This document shows, piece by piece, positions 20,088 through 29,287 of a stretch of 64,000 bases of DNA (within the stretch, counting starts at the first letter, position 1; every line of letters begins with the position of its first letter). The translations under genes and the position numbers were made by a program. The notes under the pieces were generated by a model. The model saw only the letters and a program-made list of their open reading frames with translations. It did not search any database and was not told the DNA's origin. The stretch is taken from the IMG/VR virus record IMGVR_UViG_3300020182_000023, positions 14,697 to 78,696 of that record; one strand, 5' to 3'. This DNA is from a virus.

Positions 20088-20544
20088 CTTCTTCTCTTTC
20101 TTTTGCTAGTTTATATTGGTAGGGGTTAATTTTTAGCCTTCTCATTCTTTTTTCGGGGTGGTTGTCTAGGTATTCTAATATCATTTCTTGTACGTCAATA
20201 CCTTTTCCCATAGCCCAAGATAGGTTTCTTCTTACGTCTGACTCTAATGGCTCTGTTCCTAGTCTATGTATCCACATATTGTAAGACTTCTCATCCATCT
20301 GTATTAAGTCTTTTCCGCCAAATTGCGCTGCATCAATAACGTATGAAGGGGATTTATTTAAAGCTAATGCAATAGCTATCACTTGACTTATGTTTAGTCT
20401 GTATAGAGGTGCTGATAATATCTCCCTTATTTCGTTTGTGCTAGTAGTTTTAGGTAAACTAAGCAGCAATTTAATGTCTTTAAATATAAGCCCTGTTTGT
20501 AATAGCTTATCTAGTAGAAATATTTTACTGTCGTCTTTTATCAT
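20080..20544 (-). CDS. Hypothetical protein, possibly HTH-like regulator
   Basis: 154 aa; LNISQVIAIALALNKSP resembles the end of an HTH; divergent from the initiator gene. Confidence 0.4.
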   Translation of the reverse strand: MIKDDSKIFLLDKLLQTGLIFKDIKLLLSLPKTTSTNEIREILSAPLYRLNISQVIAIALALNKSPSYVIDAAQFGGKDLIQMDEKSYNMWIHRLGTEPLESDVRRNLSWAMGKGIDVQEMILEYLDNHPEKRMRRLKINPYQYKLAKEREEAK

Positions 20545-20704
20545 TTAACAGCAAAGATATTAAATTTAACTGCTGTATTTTGATTGAAATTGTCGCTTAT
20601 ATGCTACATTAATAGCTGTTTTTTTAGTTAATGATGGAATATTCATTCATCTGCTATATGTTTTTTTTTATCTCTTTTACTGTGTTTGTATAAAAAAAAA
20701 TGTT

Positions 20705-20712
20705 TATGTTTG
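20705..20712 (+). promoter_or_regulatory. Bacteroidota -7 box (TATGTTTG)
   Basis: TAnnTTTG immediately upstream of the structured leader. Confidence 0.6.
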
Positions 20713-20719
20713 CATTAAC

Positions 20720-20796
20720 AACGAGTGCAGTCGTTAGAAAATATTTAAAATCCTTCCGTTAGTAGGCTCTGCACAGCCGAAAGCGTGAAGGATTTT
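20720..20796 (+). ncRNA. Putative kissing-loop leader RNA, copy 1
   Basis: aacga-GTGCAG-tcgtt hairpin; aaaatccttc..AGTA-ggct-CTGCAC-agcc-GAA..gaaggatttt hairpin; the loops are complementary. Confidence 0.6.
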
Positions 20797-20813
20797 TTTA
20801 TACATAATAATTT

Positions 20814-21434
20814 ATGAAAACAGGAAACATTGTAAAAGCTAAATTTACTGACGAGTTTGTTAGAATACATAACTCAATAGCTAGAAATCCGAAAATGTCA
20901 ATGAAGGAGAAGGGTCTGTTATTGATAATAATGTCATTACCCGAAAACTGGACATTACACATAAGTCAGCTTCCCGCTTTTTGCGGAGAAGGGAAAACCG
21001 CTGTCAGAAATGCGTTTAAGTCCTTGAAAGAAAAAGGCTTTATTATTGAAGTTGAAATGAGGGCTTCCGATGGGAGGTTTAACGGGAAAAATTATATGGC
21101 TTACTACGAAAGTCAAACCATTGAAGAATTTATGGTAAAACGCTCTACAACCAAGGCAGATTCACCGCGTGCGGGTTTTCGGGATGCGGATAAACGGGAT
21201 GCGGATAACAGGACACTACAAAGAAAGAACGTTACACTTAATAAAAAGAAAGAAAACAAAAAAGAAAAAAAAGAAAAAGAGCAGTTAGATTTTTCTTTTT
21301 TTCTTTTTAAGCTTAAGCAAGGTCAGCGCATACCAAAAACAGAAGTACCTAATCATTTATTAAATGAATTTAATTCTTCAACAGAAGTTTTGTATAATCA
21401 AGAAGAATCATATTACTTTATGCTACCATTTTAA
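20814..21434 (+). CDS. Phage replication initiator (N-terminal wHTH)
   Basis: F.RIHNSIARNPKMSMKEKGLL.IIMSLP.NW...G.TAVR.A.K.L.EKGFI pattern of phage replisome organisers; internal repeats. Confidence 0.7.
   Translation: MKTGNIVKAKFTDEFVRIHNSIARNPKMSMKEKGLLLIIMSLPENWTLHISQLPAFCGEGKTAVRNAFKSLKEKGFIIEVEMRASDGRFNGKNYMAYYESQTIEEFMVKRSTTKADSPRAGFRDADKRDADNRTLQRKNVTLNKKKENKKEKKEKEQLDFSFFLFKLKQGQRIPKTEVPNHLLNEFNSSTEVLYNQEESYYFMLPF
21165..21209 (+). repeat. Iteron-like 15-bp repeats (putative origin)
   Basis: ccgcgtgcgggtttt / cgggatgcggataaa / cgggatgcggataac followed by an A-rich tract. Confidence 0.5.
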
Positions 21435-21734
21435 TAACAGCGAATTAAACAAAAGATTATATGGAACTAGTGTATATCGAATTAAAATGTATAATAATTA
21501 AATATTAAAACAATGGGAAGATTAACAGAAACAATGGCGTATTTAACAGCAGAACCCAATAAGTTTAGTAAGCTAACTAAGCAAGTGAACGGAGGATTCT
21601 TTTATTTATCATATATAACTCCAAATGATGATTTAAAAAAAGTTAGAAGTAAAATGAAGCTATATAAGAAGGATTAACTTATATTAACCTTTACGTTAGG
21701 ATGTTTTATTTATGTTTGACTTAAATAAAGAATT

Positions 21735-22016
21735 ATGGAAAAAGAAGATAACCTTCAAACATTAAAAACTAAAGCTGAACTAGACTTAATATTCAGTAAA
21801 AATAGTAATACGGATAGATACATTTCTAAATGGATTGAGGTTAAAGGCGTTTCTAGCGATGTAATATGTTCTGCTATGTATTTAGATGGTAAGCCTCATA
21901 CGATTACGTTTGACGAGGTTACAGTAGGCGAAAACAGACACCATAACTCAATAAGCATAAACATAAAAGAAGTAAAGCCATTATTTGATTTTATCTCTAA
22001 TATTTTAAATAAGTGA
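21735..22016 (+). CDS. Hypothetical protein
   Basis: 93 aa after a TATGTTTG box. Confidence 0.55.
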   Translation: MEKEDNLQTLKTKAELDLIFSKNSNTDRYISKWIEVKGVSSDVICSAMYLDGKPHTITFDEVTVGENRHHNSISINIKEVKPLFDFISNILNK

Positions 22017-22083
22017 AGAATTATGGCTGAATATAATTATTAGTCAATAATCTCCGCCTAAACAAAAAGTCTATATTTGATAT

Positions 22084-22302
22084 ATGGAATTTTCACTATT
22101 TTTAAACAACGGAGAACAAATAAATATAAACACAGAAGATTATACAGACCCTACTAGAACGGTTATGGAATACCTTATATCAATGCTAGAATATTATGAA
22201 ACAGAATTATCCTTCTGTGATGAAGAAAATGAATTACTGTATCAGCAAGTGGAATATTGTAAACTACTTACTGATTTGTTGAAGCCAGAGATAAAGAATT
22301 AA
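22084..22302 (+). CDS. Hypothetical acidic protein; stop codon overlaps attC-like site A
   Basis: 72 aa; its TAA is part of the TAAC. Confidence 0.55.
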   Translation: MEFSLFLNNGEQININTEDYTDPTRTVMEYLISMLEYYETELSFCDEENELLYQQVEYCKLLTDLLKPEIKN

Positions 22303-22348
22303 CACCAAGCTAAGAAGCGTTTTAATGCTTTCTTAGCGGCTGTTATGC
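22297..22348 (+). repeat. attC-like hairpin A (short type)
   Basis: TAAC-accaa-gctaagaagcgtt..aatgctttcttagc-ggct-GTTATGC. Confidence 0.65.
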
Positions 22349-22418
22349 AACGTTTTAATGTTGCAATTTTTAACCCTTATTAACATTAACCAATAGATAA
22401 TATTAATACATTTGAATT

Positions 22419-22850
22419 ATGATACAAATAGATAATATAGAAATAGACCCCACTGCATTAGTAGTGTTAGGAGGGTTTGCATTAGGGATGATTATAGCCC
22501 CTTTTGATTCCGCATTAATAAAAAGAGAATACAGGCTAGAATGGCTGTATCACACAGCTAAGTTTATGCTTATGTTCTTGTTAGGTGGTGCGTTATTACA
22601 CCACGTTCTACCTAAAGATGGATACTTCGTTCCAAGACTTATAGCTTGCTCATTATCATACAGCATTTCCTTTGACTTGTTTTTAAACTTTTTAAGAGGC
22701 AAGGAGATATTTTACATAGGACAAACTGCTTTTCTTGATAAGATGGCTAGAAAGTACCTTAAAACGGGTTTAAACTATATTTTCGTAAGGTTATTAGCTG
22801 TGTTTTTGATTGGAGTAGGAATAGTAATACATATTTTATTAAATAATTAA
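22419..22850 (+). CDS. Multi-pass membrane protein
   Basis: 143 aa with about 4 hydrophobic segments; FD..LN.LRGK..FYIG.TA.LDK motif. Confidence 0.6.
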   Translation: MIQIDNIEIDPTALVVLGGFALGMIIAPFDSALIKREYRLEWLYHTAKFMLMFLLGGALLHHVLPKDGYFVPRLIACSLSYSISFDLFLNFLRGKEIFYIGQTAFLDKMARKYLKTGLNYIFVRLLAVFLIGVGIVIHILLNN

Positions 22851-22853
22851 GAT

Positions 22854-23039
22854 ATGAATACAACTAAAATAACATATGAGGGTTACGGTAAGAAAATTTC
22901 CGTTGAATTAGACCACGAAGATGTATCTATACAAGAAGTATTAGACGCTGTTGTTTCAATGCTTTACGGAAGTGGATTTCATAAGCAGACAGTAGATAAC
23001 GGAATAATAGAATTAGCAGAAGAATTAAACGATAAATAA
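22854..23039 (+). CDS. Hypothetical protein
   Basis: 61 aa ORF. Confidence 0.5.
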   Translation: MNTTKITYEGYGKKISVELDHEDVSIQEVLDAVVSMLYGSGFHKQTVDNGIIELAEELNDK

Positions 23040-23048
23040 TTAAATAGA

Positions 23049-23249
23049 ATGGATAAGAGATACATTATAGAAGATTTAGGCTTAAAGAAAGCTAAGGATT
23101 ACAAGGGAGAGGTTTATTTTTACCCTGACGAAGAAGATTTTGTTGGGTTCTTTATAGAATCAGAAGATAAAACTCACTTTGTGTTTATACCGTCAGAGCC
23201 AATAGACAGCTTATCAAGTAAAACGGCTTTTGAAAGAATATTTAAGTAG
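23049..23249 (+). CDS. Hypothetical protein
   Basis: 66 aa ORF. Confidence 0.5.
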   Translation: MDKRYIIEDLGLKKAKDYKGEVYFYPDEEDFVGFFIESEDKTHFVFIPSEPIDSLSSKTAFERIFK

Positions 23250-23367
23250 ATATGAAAGATATGGTTTTATTGGTACTGTTAGCTGTATGTATAGTTGAAT
23301 ACAGAGAAAGACCTAGAATAGACTTCTGAGGGAATGTTTATTTGTGGTACGGTAGATATAATCGTAA

Positions 23368-24018
23368 ATGTATAAATATATTATAATGGAATATAAGATA
23401 GAAAAACAAGCTAAAGGCACTCGAATACTTTTCGGGGATGAGGTAAGAGATAGATACACGCTATTAAATAAAATGATAGCTACCGTTGAGTCTTACGGGT
23501 TTCAAGGAATACAACTGCCTAGCATAGAGCCGTCTGAAATATACATAGACAAAGCAGGGAGAGAAGTGCTTAATCAAATGTGGGTGTTTCCAGATAAAAA
23601 AGGAAGGAATGTATGCTTACGCCCAGAGGCAACGGCTACCGTTCAGCTAATCGCTAATCATTTCTGGCAAGCTAAAAAAGAAATAAGAGTTTGGTATTTT
23701 GAGAAATGCTGGAGATACGAAAAACCGCAAAGGGGCAGATACAGAGAATTTTGGCAGTTCGGTTGCGAAGTAATAAACCCATCTACTGATTTAATAAAAG
23801 AAGAATTAATAGACATATCTAAAGAACTTTGTGAACTTCAAACAAAGGATATAACGATAGATTATTCCGTAACAAGGGGATTGGGCTATTATACAGATAA
23901 AGGCTTTGAATTACGCTGTAAGCAACTAGGAGCGCAAGAACAGATATGCGGAGGTGGTTCTTATGATAGAGGAATTGGGTTTGCCATTGGGTTTGATAGA
24001 TTAATGCTTTGTAAATAA
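23368..24018 (+). CDS. Minimal histidyl-tRNA-synthetase-like catalytic domain (likely start 23386)
   Basis: KGTR, LRPEATA, motif 2 WRYEKPQRGRYREFWQFGCE, His loop RGLGYYT, GAQ.QICGGG.YD, motif 3 GIGFAIGFDRL; no insertion or anticodon-binding domain. Confidence 0.85.
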   Translation: MYKYIIMEYKIEKQAKGTRILFGDEVRDRYTLLNKMIATVESYGFQGIQLPSIEPSEIYIDKAGREVLNQMWVFPDKKGRNVCLRPEATATVQLIANHFWQAKKEIRVWYFEKCWRYEKPQRGRYREFWQFGCEVINPSTDLIKEELIDISKELCELQTKDITIDYSVTRGLGYYTDKGFELRCKQLGAQEQICGGGSYDRGIGFAIGFDRLMLCK

Positions 24019-24024
24019 ATAATT

Positions 24025-24255
24025 ATGAAAACAAAATTGATTAGAAACAGTACGCTCCAAGACTTAATGGATGCTGCGGAGTATTCTTCTTACTCAGAAA
24101 CACTAGAAGGTGTTAAACGGGCTAAAATAGGCTTAGATATATACGAGAAAGTAAAGGGTGGCTGGAAGCAAATCAGCGATTCGGGTATTATACCTAAGAA
24201 GTGTAACGTTATATCTCTTGATGCTAATGGCGCAAGCAGAATGAAGCGGAGGTAA
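24025..24255 (+). CDS. Hypothetical protein; stop overlaps attC-like site B
   Basis: 76 aa; TAA lies within TAAC. Confidence 0.5.
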   Translation: MKTKLIRNSTLQDLMDAAEYSSYSETLEGVKRAKIGLDIYEKVKGGWKQISDSGIIPKKCNVISLDANGASRMKRR

Positions 24256-24344
24256 CGGTTTGTGTATGAGTAGTGTGGCTTTGCTCTTATTTTCAACTTA
24301 CAGATAAACTTATTTAGCCACATTACTTATACACTTTTTTATAG
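24250..24344 (+). repeat. attC-like hairpin B (long type, degenerate 3' core)
   Basis: TAAC-ggttt-gtgtatgagtagtgtggct...agccacattacttatacac-tt-TTTATAGGTA (GTT expected). Confidence 0.55.
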
Positions 24345-24364
24345 GTATGTAAAATTTACGGAAT

Positions 24365-24511
24365 ATGAATAAAGAAAATAATTATTGGAAAGGAATAATG
24401 GTTGGATTTGCAGTAAGCACAATTGTTTGGTGTACTTTATGGGCATTTGTTATTGGAAAAATAGATAAGGTTCACAAACAAGAACTTGATTATATAATAG
24501 AAAAACACTAA
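24365..24511 (+). CDS. 48-aa membrane protein, cassette between sites B and C
   Basis: MNKENNYWKGIMVGFAVSTIVWCTLWAFVIGKIDKVHKQELDYIIEKH; flanks ttataggtatgtaaaatttac and gtaaattttattacctataa are near-complementary. Confidence 0.55.
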   Translation: MNKENNYWKGIMVGFAVSTIVWCTLWAFVIGKIDKVHKQELDYIIEKH

Positions 24512-24537
24512 ACAAAGTAGGTAGTAAATTTTATTAC

Positions 24538-24590
24538 CTATAACACCCGTCTAAGAAACGCTTTAATGTTTCTTTTGGCGGCTGTTAGAT
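24538..24590 (+). repeat. attC-like hairpin C (short type)
   Basis: ctaTAAC-acc-cgtctaagaaacg..tgtttcttttggcg-gct-GTTAGAT. Confidence 0.6.
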
Positions 24591-24654
24591 AAAGTTTAAC
24601 AACCATTTTACCCGACAGGGGAAATTGGTTAAGGAACATTAATAGATTTGAATT

Positions 24655-25029
24655 ATGAAACTACACAAAGACATATTATACTCCGTAGGAGATGAAATTG
24701 AGATAGATAACATTAAATACACCATAGAACTCGCAGGATGGGGTAAAATACGACTACATAAGAAATGCTGTGGTGATATGTCCGCTGCCAAAGAAGTAGA
24801 TGACGTAACAGCTATACGGGGCTTAGATATAATAATAGCACTTAATGAAGAAGGTGCTACTGAAGAGGTAGAGGAAATTAAAAATAACTTAGAATGTCAT
24901 TTTAATGAAATTGAGTGTAAATTTAAATCTGAAGAATCTAACCTTAATGACAAAATCCGCATATTAGAAGCGCAGAATAAAGATTTAAAGAATGAACTAG
25001 AGGATGATAAGTCTTGGTGGATATGGTAG
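24655..25029 (+). CDS. Hypothetical coiled-coil protein
   Basis: 124 aa after a TAGATTTG box. Confidence 0.55.
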   Translation: MKLHKDILYSVGDEIEIDNIKYTIELAGWGKIRLHKKCCGDMSAAKEVDDVTAIRGLDIIIALNEEGATEEVEEIKNNLECHFNEIECKFKSEESNLNDKIRILEAQNKDLKNELEDDKSWWIW

Positions 25030-25030
25030 C

Positions 25031-25060
25031 GATACGATAAGATACGATAAGATACGATAA
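25031..25060. repeat. Tandem repeat (GATACGATAA)x3
   Basis: Three exact 10-bp copies plus a degenerate fourth, between convergent genes. Confidence 0.85.
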
Positions 25061-25109
25061 TAATACGAAAAAGAGTTTAAGAAATGAAAACAACAGAAAG
25101 CTCGGTTAA

Positions 25110-25556
25110 CTACTGGGCTTTTTTGTTTCGCCCCCTTAAGGCTCTTTGCACCGTACTCAAGCTAACATCCAACTCATTCGCCAACTCCTGCTTAGAATAT
25201 TCTGGAAATAATTTATTTAACTCCAAAATCTTATTAACCATAGCCTTCCTTAAACTCTTCTTAATTAACCTAGCTTTCCTATTCTTAGATGTCCTTAGCC
25301 TAATAGCACGGCATTCTCGCTGCTTCAACTCCTTCAACCACATAGCTAACCAAAAATGTAAATAAGCAGAAGGCTTCCTATAATCATCAAACACCCATAT
25401 ACTATGAACCTCCCAACTGCCACCCAACTTGTGATACCACCTGTAATTAGAGTCCCTATCCCTTACAATTTTATGATTCTCTATCCTACATAAAGAAGCT
25501 AAATCATCATCAGACCAACTCGTACTTAAATTAACATCTTCCATATTCAAAAACAA
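25110..25556 (-). CDS. Protein with C-terminal HTH
   Basis: SKQELANELDVSLSTVQRALR. Confidence 0.55.
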   Translation of the reverse strand: MFLNMEDVNLSTSWSDDDLASLCRIENHKIVRDRDSNYRWYHKLGGSWEVHSIWVFDDYRKPSAYLHFWLAMWLKELKQRECRAIRLRTSKNRKARLIKKSLRKAMVNKILELNKLFPEYSKQELANELDVSLSTVQRALRGRNKKAQ

Positions 25557-25662
25557 ATATACCTAAACCATAAGGCTATAAAAAACAAAATAACACTCCT
25601 TAACATCTATCAATAAGATAATTAATTACTTTAGCTGTATGAAAAATAAAAAGTAAATAATT

Positions 25663-26010
25663 ATGAACTCAGTAGAAGAATACGAAAAAGAAGAACGGGA
25701 AATAAAAAAACTAATAGATGAGCTTAAAACAAGAAAGCCTACTATAAAAGAGATAAAAAAAGTATTGGACTTTAAAATACTACATAAGGACTCTAAGCAA
25801 AAATGGGTAATAAACGAATACTTCCCGTTAGAACACCACGAAAAACATTCAACATCATACCTAGTGCTTAAACCTTACAATAAGGGGTGGTTTTATAGAA
25901 ATGAATCATCGCACGACTACGGTATGCAAATAAACCCAGAGGTGTTTGAGGTGAAAATGACAGAACAAGAGGTAGTAGATAAGTATGTTATTAGTGATTA
26001 TGGATTGTAG
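25663..26010 (+). CDS. Hypothetical protein
   Basis: 115 aa ORF. Confidence 0.55.
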   Translation: MNSVEEYEKEEREIKKLIDELKTRKPTIKEIKKVLDFKILHKDSKQKWVINEYFPLEHHEKHSTSYLVLKPYNKGWFYRNESSHDYGMQINPEVFEVKMTEQEVVDKYVISDYGL

Positions 26011-26161
26011 TTTAATCCCCCGCAATACACAAAGGAAATAATATGAAACACATAGGATATATACCAAAAGAAACAGAAAAGAAACTACATAGAGAAGTAT
26101 GCAGTGAACTTACAGAACAAGACTACAACGGAAAAGATACTTACCACTTATACATAGAACA

Positions 26162-26506
26162 ATGGAATATAACTCAGACTTTAAATACGACCTAAAAGTA
26201 GGGCAAATAAAAGAAAAAGAACTAGCACATATACTCCAAAATGAAAAAATAGAAGTAAAAACAGACCTGCAAGCTCACAAAACAGGAAATATATTTATAG
26301 AATACCACTCAAGAGGTAAACCATCAGGACTAGCAACATCAGAAGCTAAATACTACTGCATAGCTATACAAGAAATACTAATAATACTACCAGCCAAAAA
26401 ACTTAAAAAACTATGCAGAAAATACCTAAACACCAACAGAGATAAAAAAGGCGGAGATAGCAACTCCTCAAAAGGAATACTCCTGCCAGTAAAAGATTTA
26501 TTTTAA
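26162..26506 (+). CDS. Small PD-(D/E)XK-like phage protein
   Basis: F..DL..GQ..E, IEVKTD, TGNIFIEY.SRGKPSG..TS.A motifs. Confidence 0.55.
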   Translation: MEYNSDFKYDLKVGQIKEKELAHILQNEKIEVKTDLQAHKTGNIFIEYHSRGKPSGLATSEAKYYCIAIQEILIILPAKKLKKLCRKYLNTNRDKKGGDSNSSKGILLPVKDLF

Positions 26507-26557
26507 AAATTTTGTATGTATGTAGAAGTGGGGGATAATATAATATTCAACCCCGCC
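26507..26557. repeat. Imperfect direct repeat, copy 1 (flanks HNH gene)
   Basis: aaattttgtatgtatgtagaagtgggggataatataatattcaaccccgcc resembles 27721-27772. Confidence 0.5.
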
Positions 26558-26581
26558 ACCTCCAACAAACCAAACCCGAAT

Positions 26582-27679
26582 CTATTCTGCTTTATTACCG
26601 TGACCACCAATACCATTCTCTTTCTTGTATTTTGAAATCTTAATCGCTATGTTAGATTGGGATGTTCCTAACTTCTCTGCTATTTTCCATTGTGGCATTG
26701 TCTTATTCATTTCGTACAATTCTTTATAGTCGTATTTTCTGTTTCTTTTATCTAAGCCGTTAAGCCTAGCGCCAAATCTTTTTATAGCTGTTTCAACAGC
26801 CCCGTCACCACAATTATAATACTCAGTTAGCATTTTTAGCGTGTACCTCTTTTCTACTAAGCTTAAAAACTCATCTTTATCTGCTATACCATAGGGCTTA
26901 ACATAAATATCTTCACTTCTAAGCTCACCATACTTAATAATAATCCTTTTAACAGCACCAACACTAATCTGATACTTATCAGAAATAAACTCTATGCTAT
27001 TACCAGATTCGTAGGACTTAGAAAAAACCTTACCCCTACAATCTTTGTAGTTGATATTTCGAGTTATCCGTACAATAGTAGGAGGAGATACATTAAACAT
27101 ATCAGCTATTTCCGTATTACTAACCAACTCTTCAGAATAAAGCCTTTTAATTTCCCGCTGCTCATCATAGGAGAAATTAGTAAACTTATCCTTAATAACC
27201 CTATTACTCCTACCATCAAATACGCCTAGTTCAACCAACAGTGATTTAATAACAGCGCTTGATACATTATACTGATTAGCTATATAAGTTATAGGGTAAG
27301 ACTCATACATATCAACTATATTCTTCTTGTCAGAATCACTAAACGAATACTTAGTCCCAGATAAGTAACCAGCATCTTTCTGCCTTTTTCTATTTTCCTC
27401 TGGAGTAACCCACTCTAAGTTACTAGAGGCATTATTAAGCCTATTAAAGTCCTTATGGTCAACTTCGTGTCTATCGCTAGGAGGTAGCCCATTAAAAGCT
27501 AGACAAACAAGTCTATGTACATACTGAGAGTGCCTGCCCTTTTCATTATGCCTAACTCCAACGGATAAGTACTTACCACCCTTTAATTGAGGCTTTAGTA
27601 CATTACCTCTCTTCTTATTATAAACATTTCCTAATTCATCTACTTGGTACTTATCGTACATTGGTATATTCTTTTTCAT
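26582..27679 (-). CDS. HNH homing endonuclease with multiple C-terminal HTH repeats
   Basis: YQVDELGNV, YVHRLVCLAF, EVDHKDFNRLNNASSNLEWVT..EN, then repeated IA..YNVS HTHs. Confidence 0.8.
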   Translation of the reverse strand: MKKNIPMYDKYQVDELGNVYNKKRGNVLKPQLKGGKYLSVGVRHNEKGRHSQYVHRLVCLAFNGLPPSDRHEVDHKDFNRLNNASSNLEWVTPEENRKRQKDAGYLSGTKYSFSDSDKKNIVDMYESYPITYIANQYNVSSAVIKSLLVELGVFDGRSNRVIKDKFTNFSYDEQREIKRLYSEELVSNTEIADMFNVSPPTIVRITRNINYKDCRGKVFSKSYESGNSIEFISDKYQISVGAVKRIIIKYGELRSEDIYVKPYGIADKDEFLSLVEKRYTLKMLTEYYNCGDGAVETAIKRFGARLNGLDKRNRKYDYKELYEMNKTMPQWKIAEKLGTSQSNIAIKISKYKKENGIGGHGNKAE

Positions 27680-27720
27680 ATATTATATTTTTGTAGGTAC
27701 AAATATAAGAAAAATAATTT

Positions 27721-27772
27721 AAATTTTGTGTGTATAGAGGGGTGTGGTATAATAAATAGTTCAATGCCCGCC
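27721..27772. repeat. Imperfect direct repeat, copy 2
   Basis: aaattttgtgtgtatagaggggtgtggtataataaatagttcaatgcccgcc. Confidence 0.5.
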
Positions 27773-27943
27773 TCAAACCCAATAAAAAACGGCTCAATAT
27801 TACCCGAGTGGGTCAATATTTCAACTTCAAAAACATAACCACCACCACTACATTACACCACGTTACACCATAGCATTTATATCTACATTCCTTGCCTATG
27901 CTATGCGCTTGATGCTATTGTATTTAACATTTATTAACAATGT

Positions 27944-28264
27944 ATGTATCTTTTTTATATTACATTTGTCGCAGTATCCGATGTTGGATGCTACAATTTA
28001 ATACTATATATTATGAATATTGAAATAGAATACTTGAGAACGGACAAATCGCCTTGTTACGGTGGATTCAATGTACAGAACGTTTACGAAGTGAACACCG
28101 TGACAAATGGCTTTAGTAACCGATATACCGTATTTTGCAGGATTGCAGGCTTAAACGGTGGTCAAATATGGAATGAGCCAGTAAGCTACGAAGCGCACGG
28201 CAATAACGAAGAGACGCTTATCGAAAGTGCTGTATTTGATATTTTCGAAGATAACATAGGGTAA
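27944..28264 (+). CDS. Early hypothetical protein (true start probably about 28013)
   Basis: ORF downstream of a TACATTTG box at 27961. Confidence 0.5.
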   Translation: MYLFYITFVAVSDVGCYNLILYIMNIEIEYLRTDKSPCYGGFNVQNVYEVNTVTNGFSNRYTVFCRIAGLNGGQIWNEPVSYEAHGNNEETLIESAVFDIFEDNIG

Positions 28265-28287
28265 ACAAACACAAAGCCCCGTTCATA

Positions 28288-28524
28288 TTGTTCGGGGCTA
28301 ATTTAATACTAAACAAGATGACAAATTCAAAAGGACAACCGTTAACCTTTGGTTTCAGGTCAAACACAAAGGTATTGAAGTACAAAAGCAAAAGAGCTAC
28401 AAACAAGCTGGTAGACTCTTACAATGAAGCTAAAATAGACGCATACAAGGCGCATTGGGATAGCTTTAATACTGACCTATATAAGGAATTAATTGCAATT
28501 AAATTAAATAGTTTAAACAGATAG
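28288..28524 (+). CDS. Early hypothetical protein
   Basis: ORF, probable ATG at about 28318. Confidence 0.5.
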   Translation: MFGANLILNKMTNSKGQPLTFGFRSNTKVLKYKSKRATNKLVDSYNEAKIDAYKAHWDSFNTDLYKELIAIKLNSLNR

Positions 28525-28685
28525 GATTATGAAAACTTATTATTTCAAAGTAACGAATAACGGATTGACAAAATTAGTAGGGATGTGCGCTAGCTCTAAA
28601 AAGAAAGCAATGAAGTATGTATTAAGACATCCTTCGTTCAACAATCCAATAGTAAAACATATGTAAACCCCTAAACACTAAAAAC

Positions 28686-28720
28686 AAAAGCCTTGCTATT
28701 AATTTAGCAGGGCTTTTTTT
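28686..28720 (+). terminator. Intrinsic terminator
   Basis: aaagccttgcta-ttaatt-tagcagggc-ttttttt. Confidence 0.75.
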
Positions 28721-29287
28721 ATGCGCTAAACTTTCTGTTCATACATTCTATTTAGTAAACAAATTAGCCGTAAAAATATCTCTTATTCAATATCTAATAT
28801 TTGACACGATGACTTTTTTAAGGGGCTAAAATAGTCATGCATAATTTTAAAATAACCGTCAAACCTATGCTGTCATTGGTCTGTAGAAGGTTTTGGGTTT
28901 TGACTTTTGTTACGACCTTATATAGGTAGTAAAAGTTTTTTTTGTTTGTTGATGTGTTTAGGTGTAAATAGGGTATAATTCCACACACACAAACTACTCA
29001 CATTTAAACCAAATACAATATTTAGCCAAGTCAAGAATATAATTATTTTGTCCTATGTTTAGTACATTATGTTAAGTAGAGTAACTCTATTGAGTATATT
29101 ATTATTCATTAGATTGGTTATTTTTATTGCTATTTATAGCGTATTCTATTAGTTTAATTCTAGTTTAGAATATAAACCAAGTGAATAACAGCAAGTTAGA
29201 TGTTTATATGTTAACGAATGTTAAAAAGTATTGCGTATTGAAATATTGGTTGTAGTATTGCTTTCGTAAACAAATAAACAAAACAAG

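Noticed and set aside
23368-24018. HisZ or a decayed hisS pseudogene
   Set aside because: It retains the catalytic motif 2/3 arginines and His-binding loops, the deletions follow domain boundaries, the frame is intact, and no hisG is nearby.
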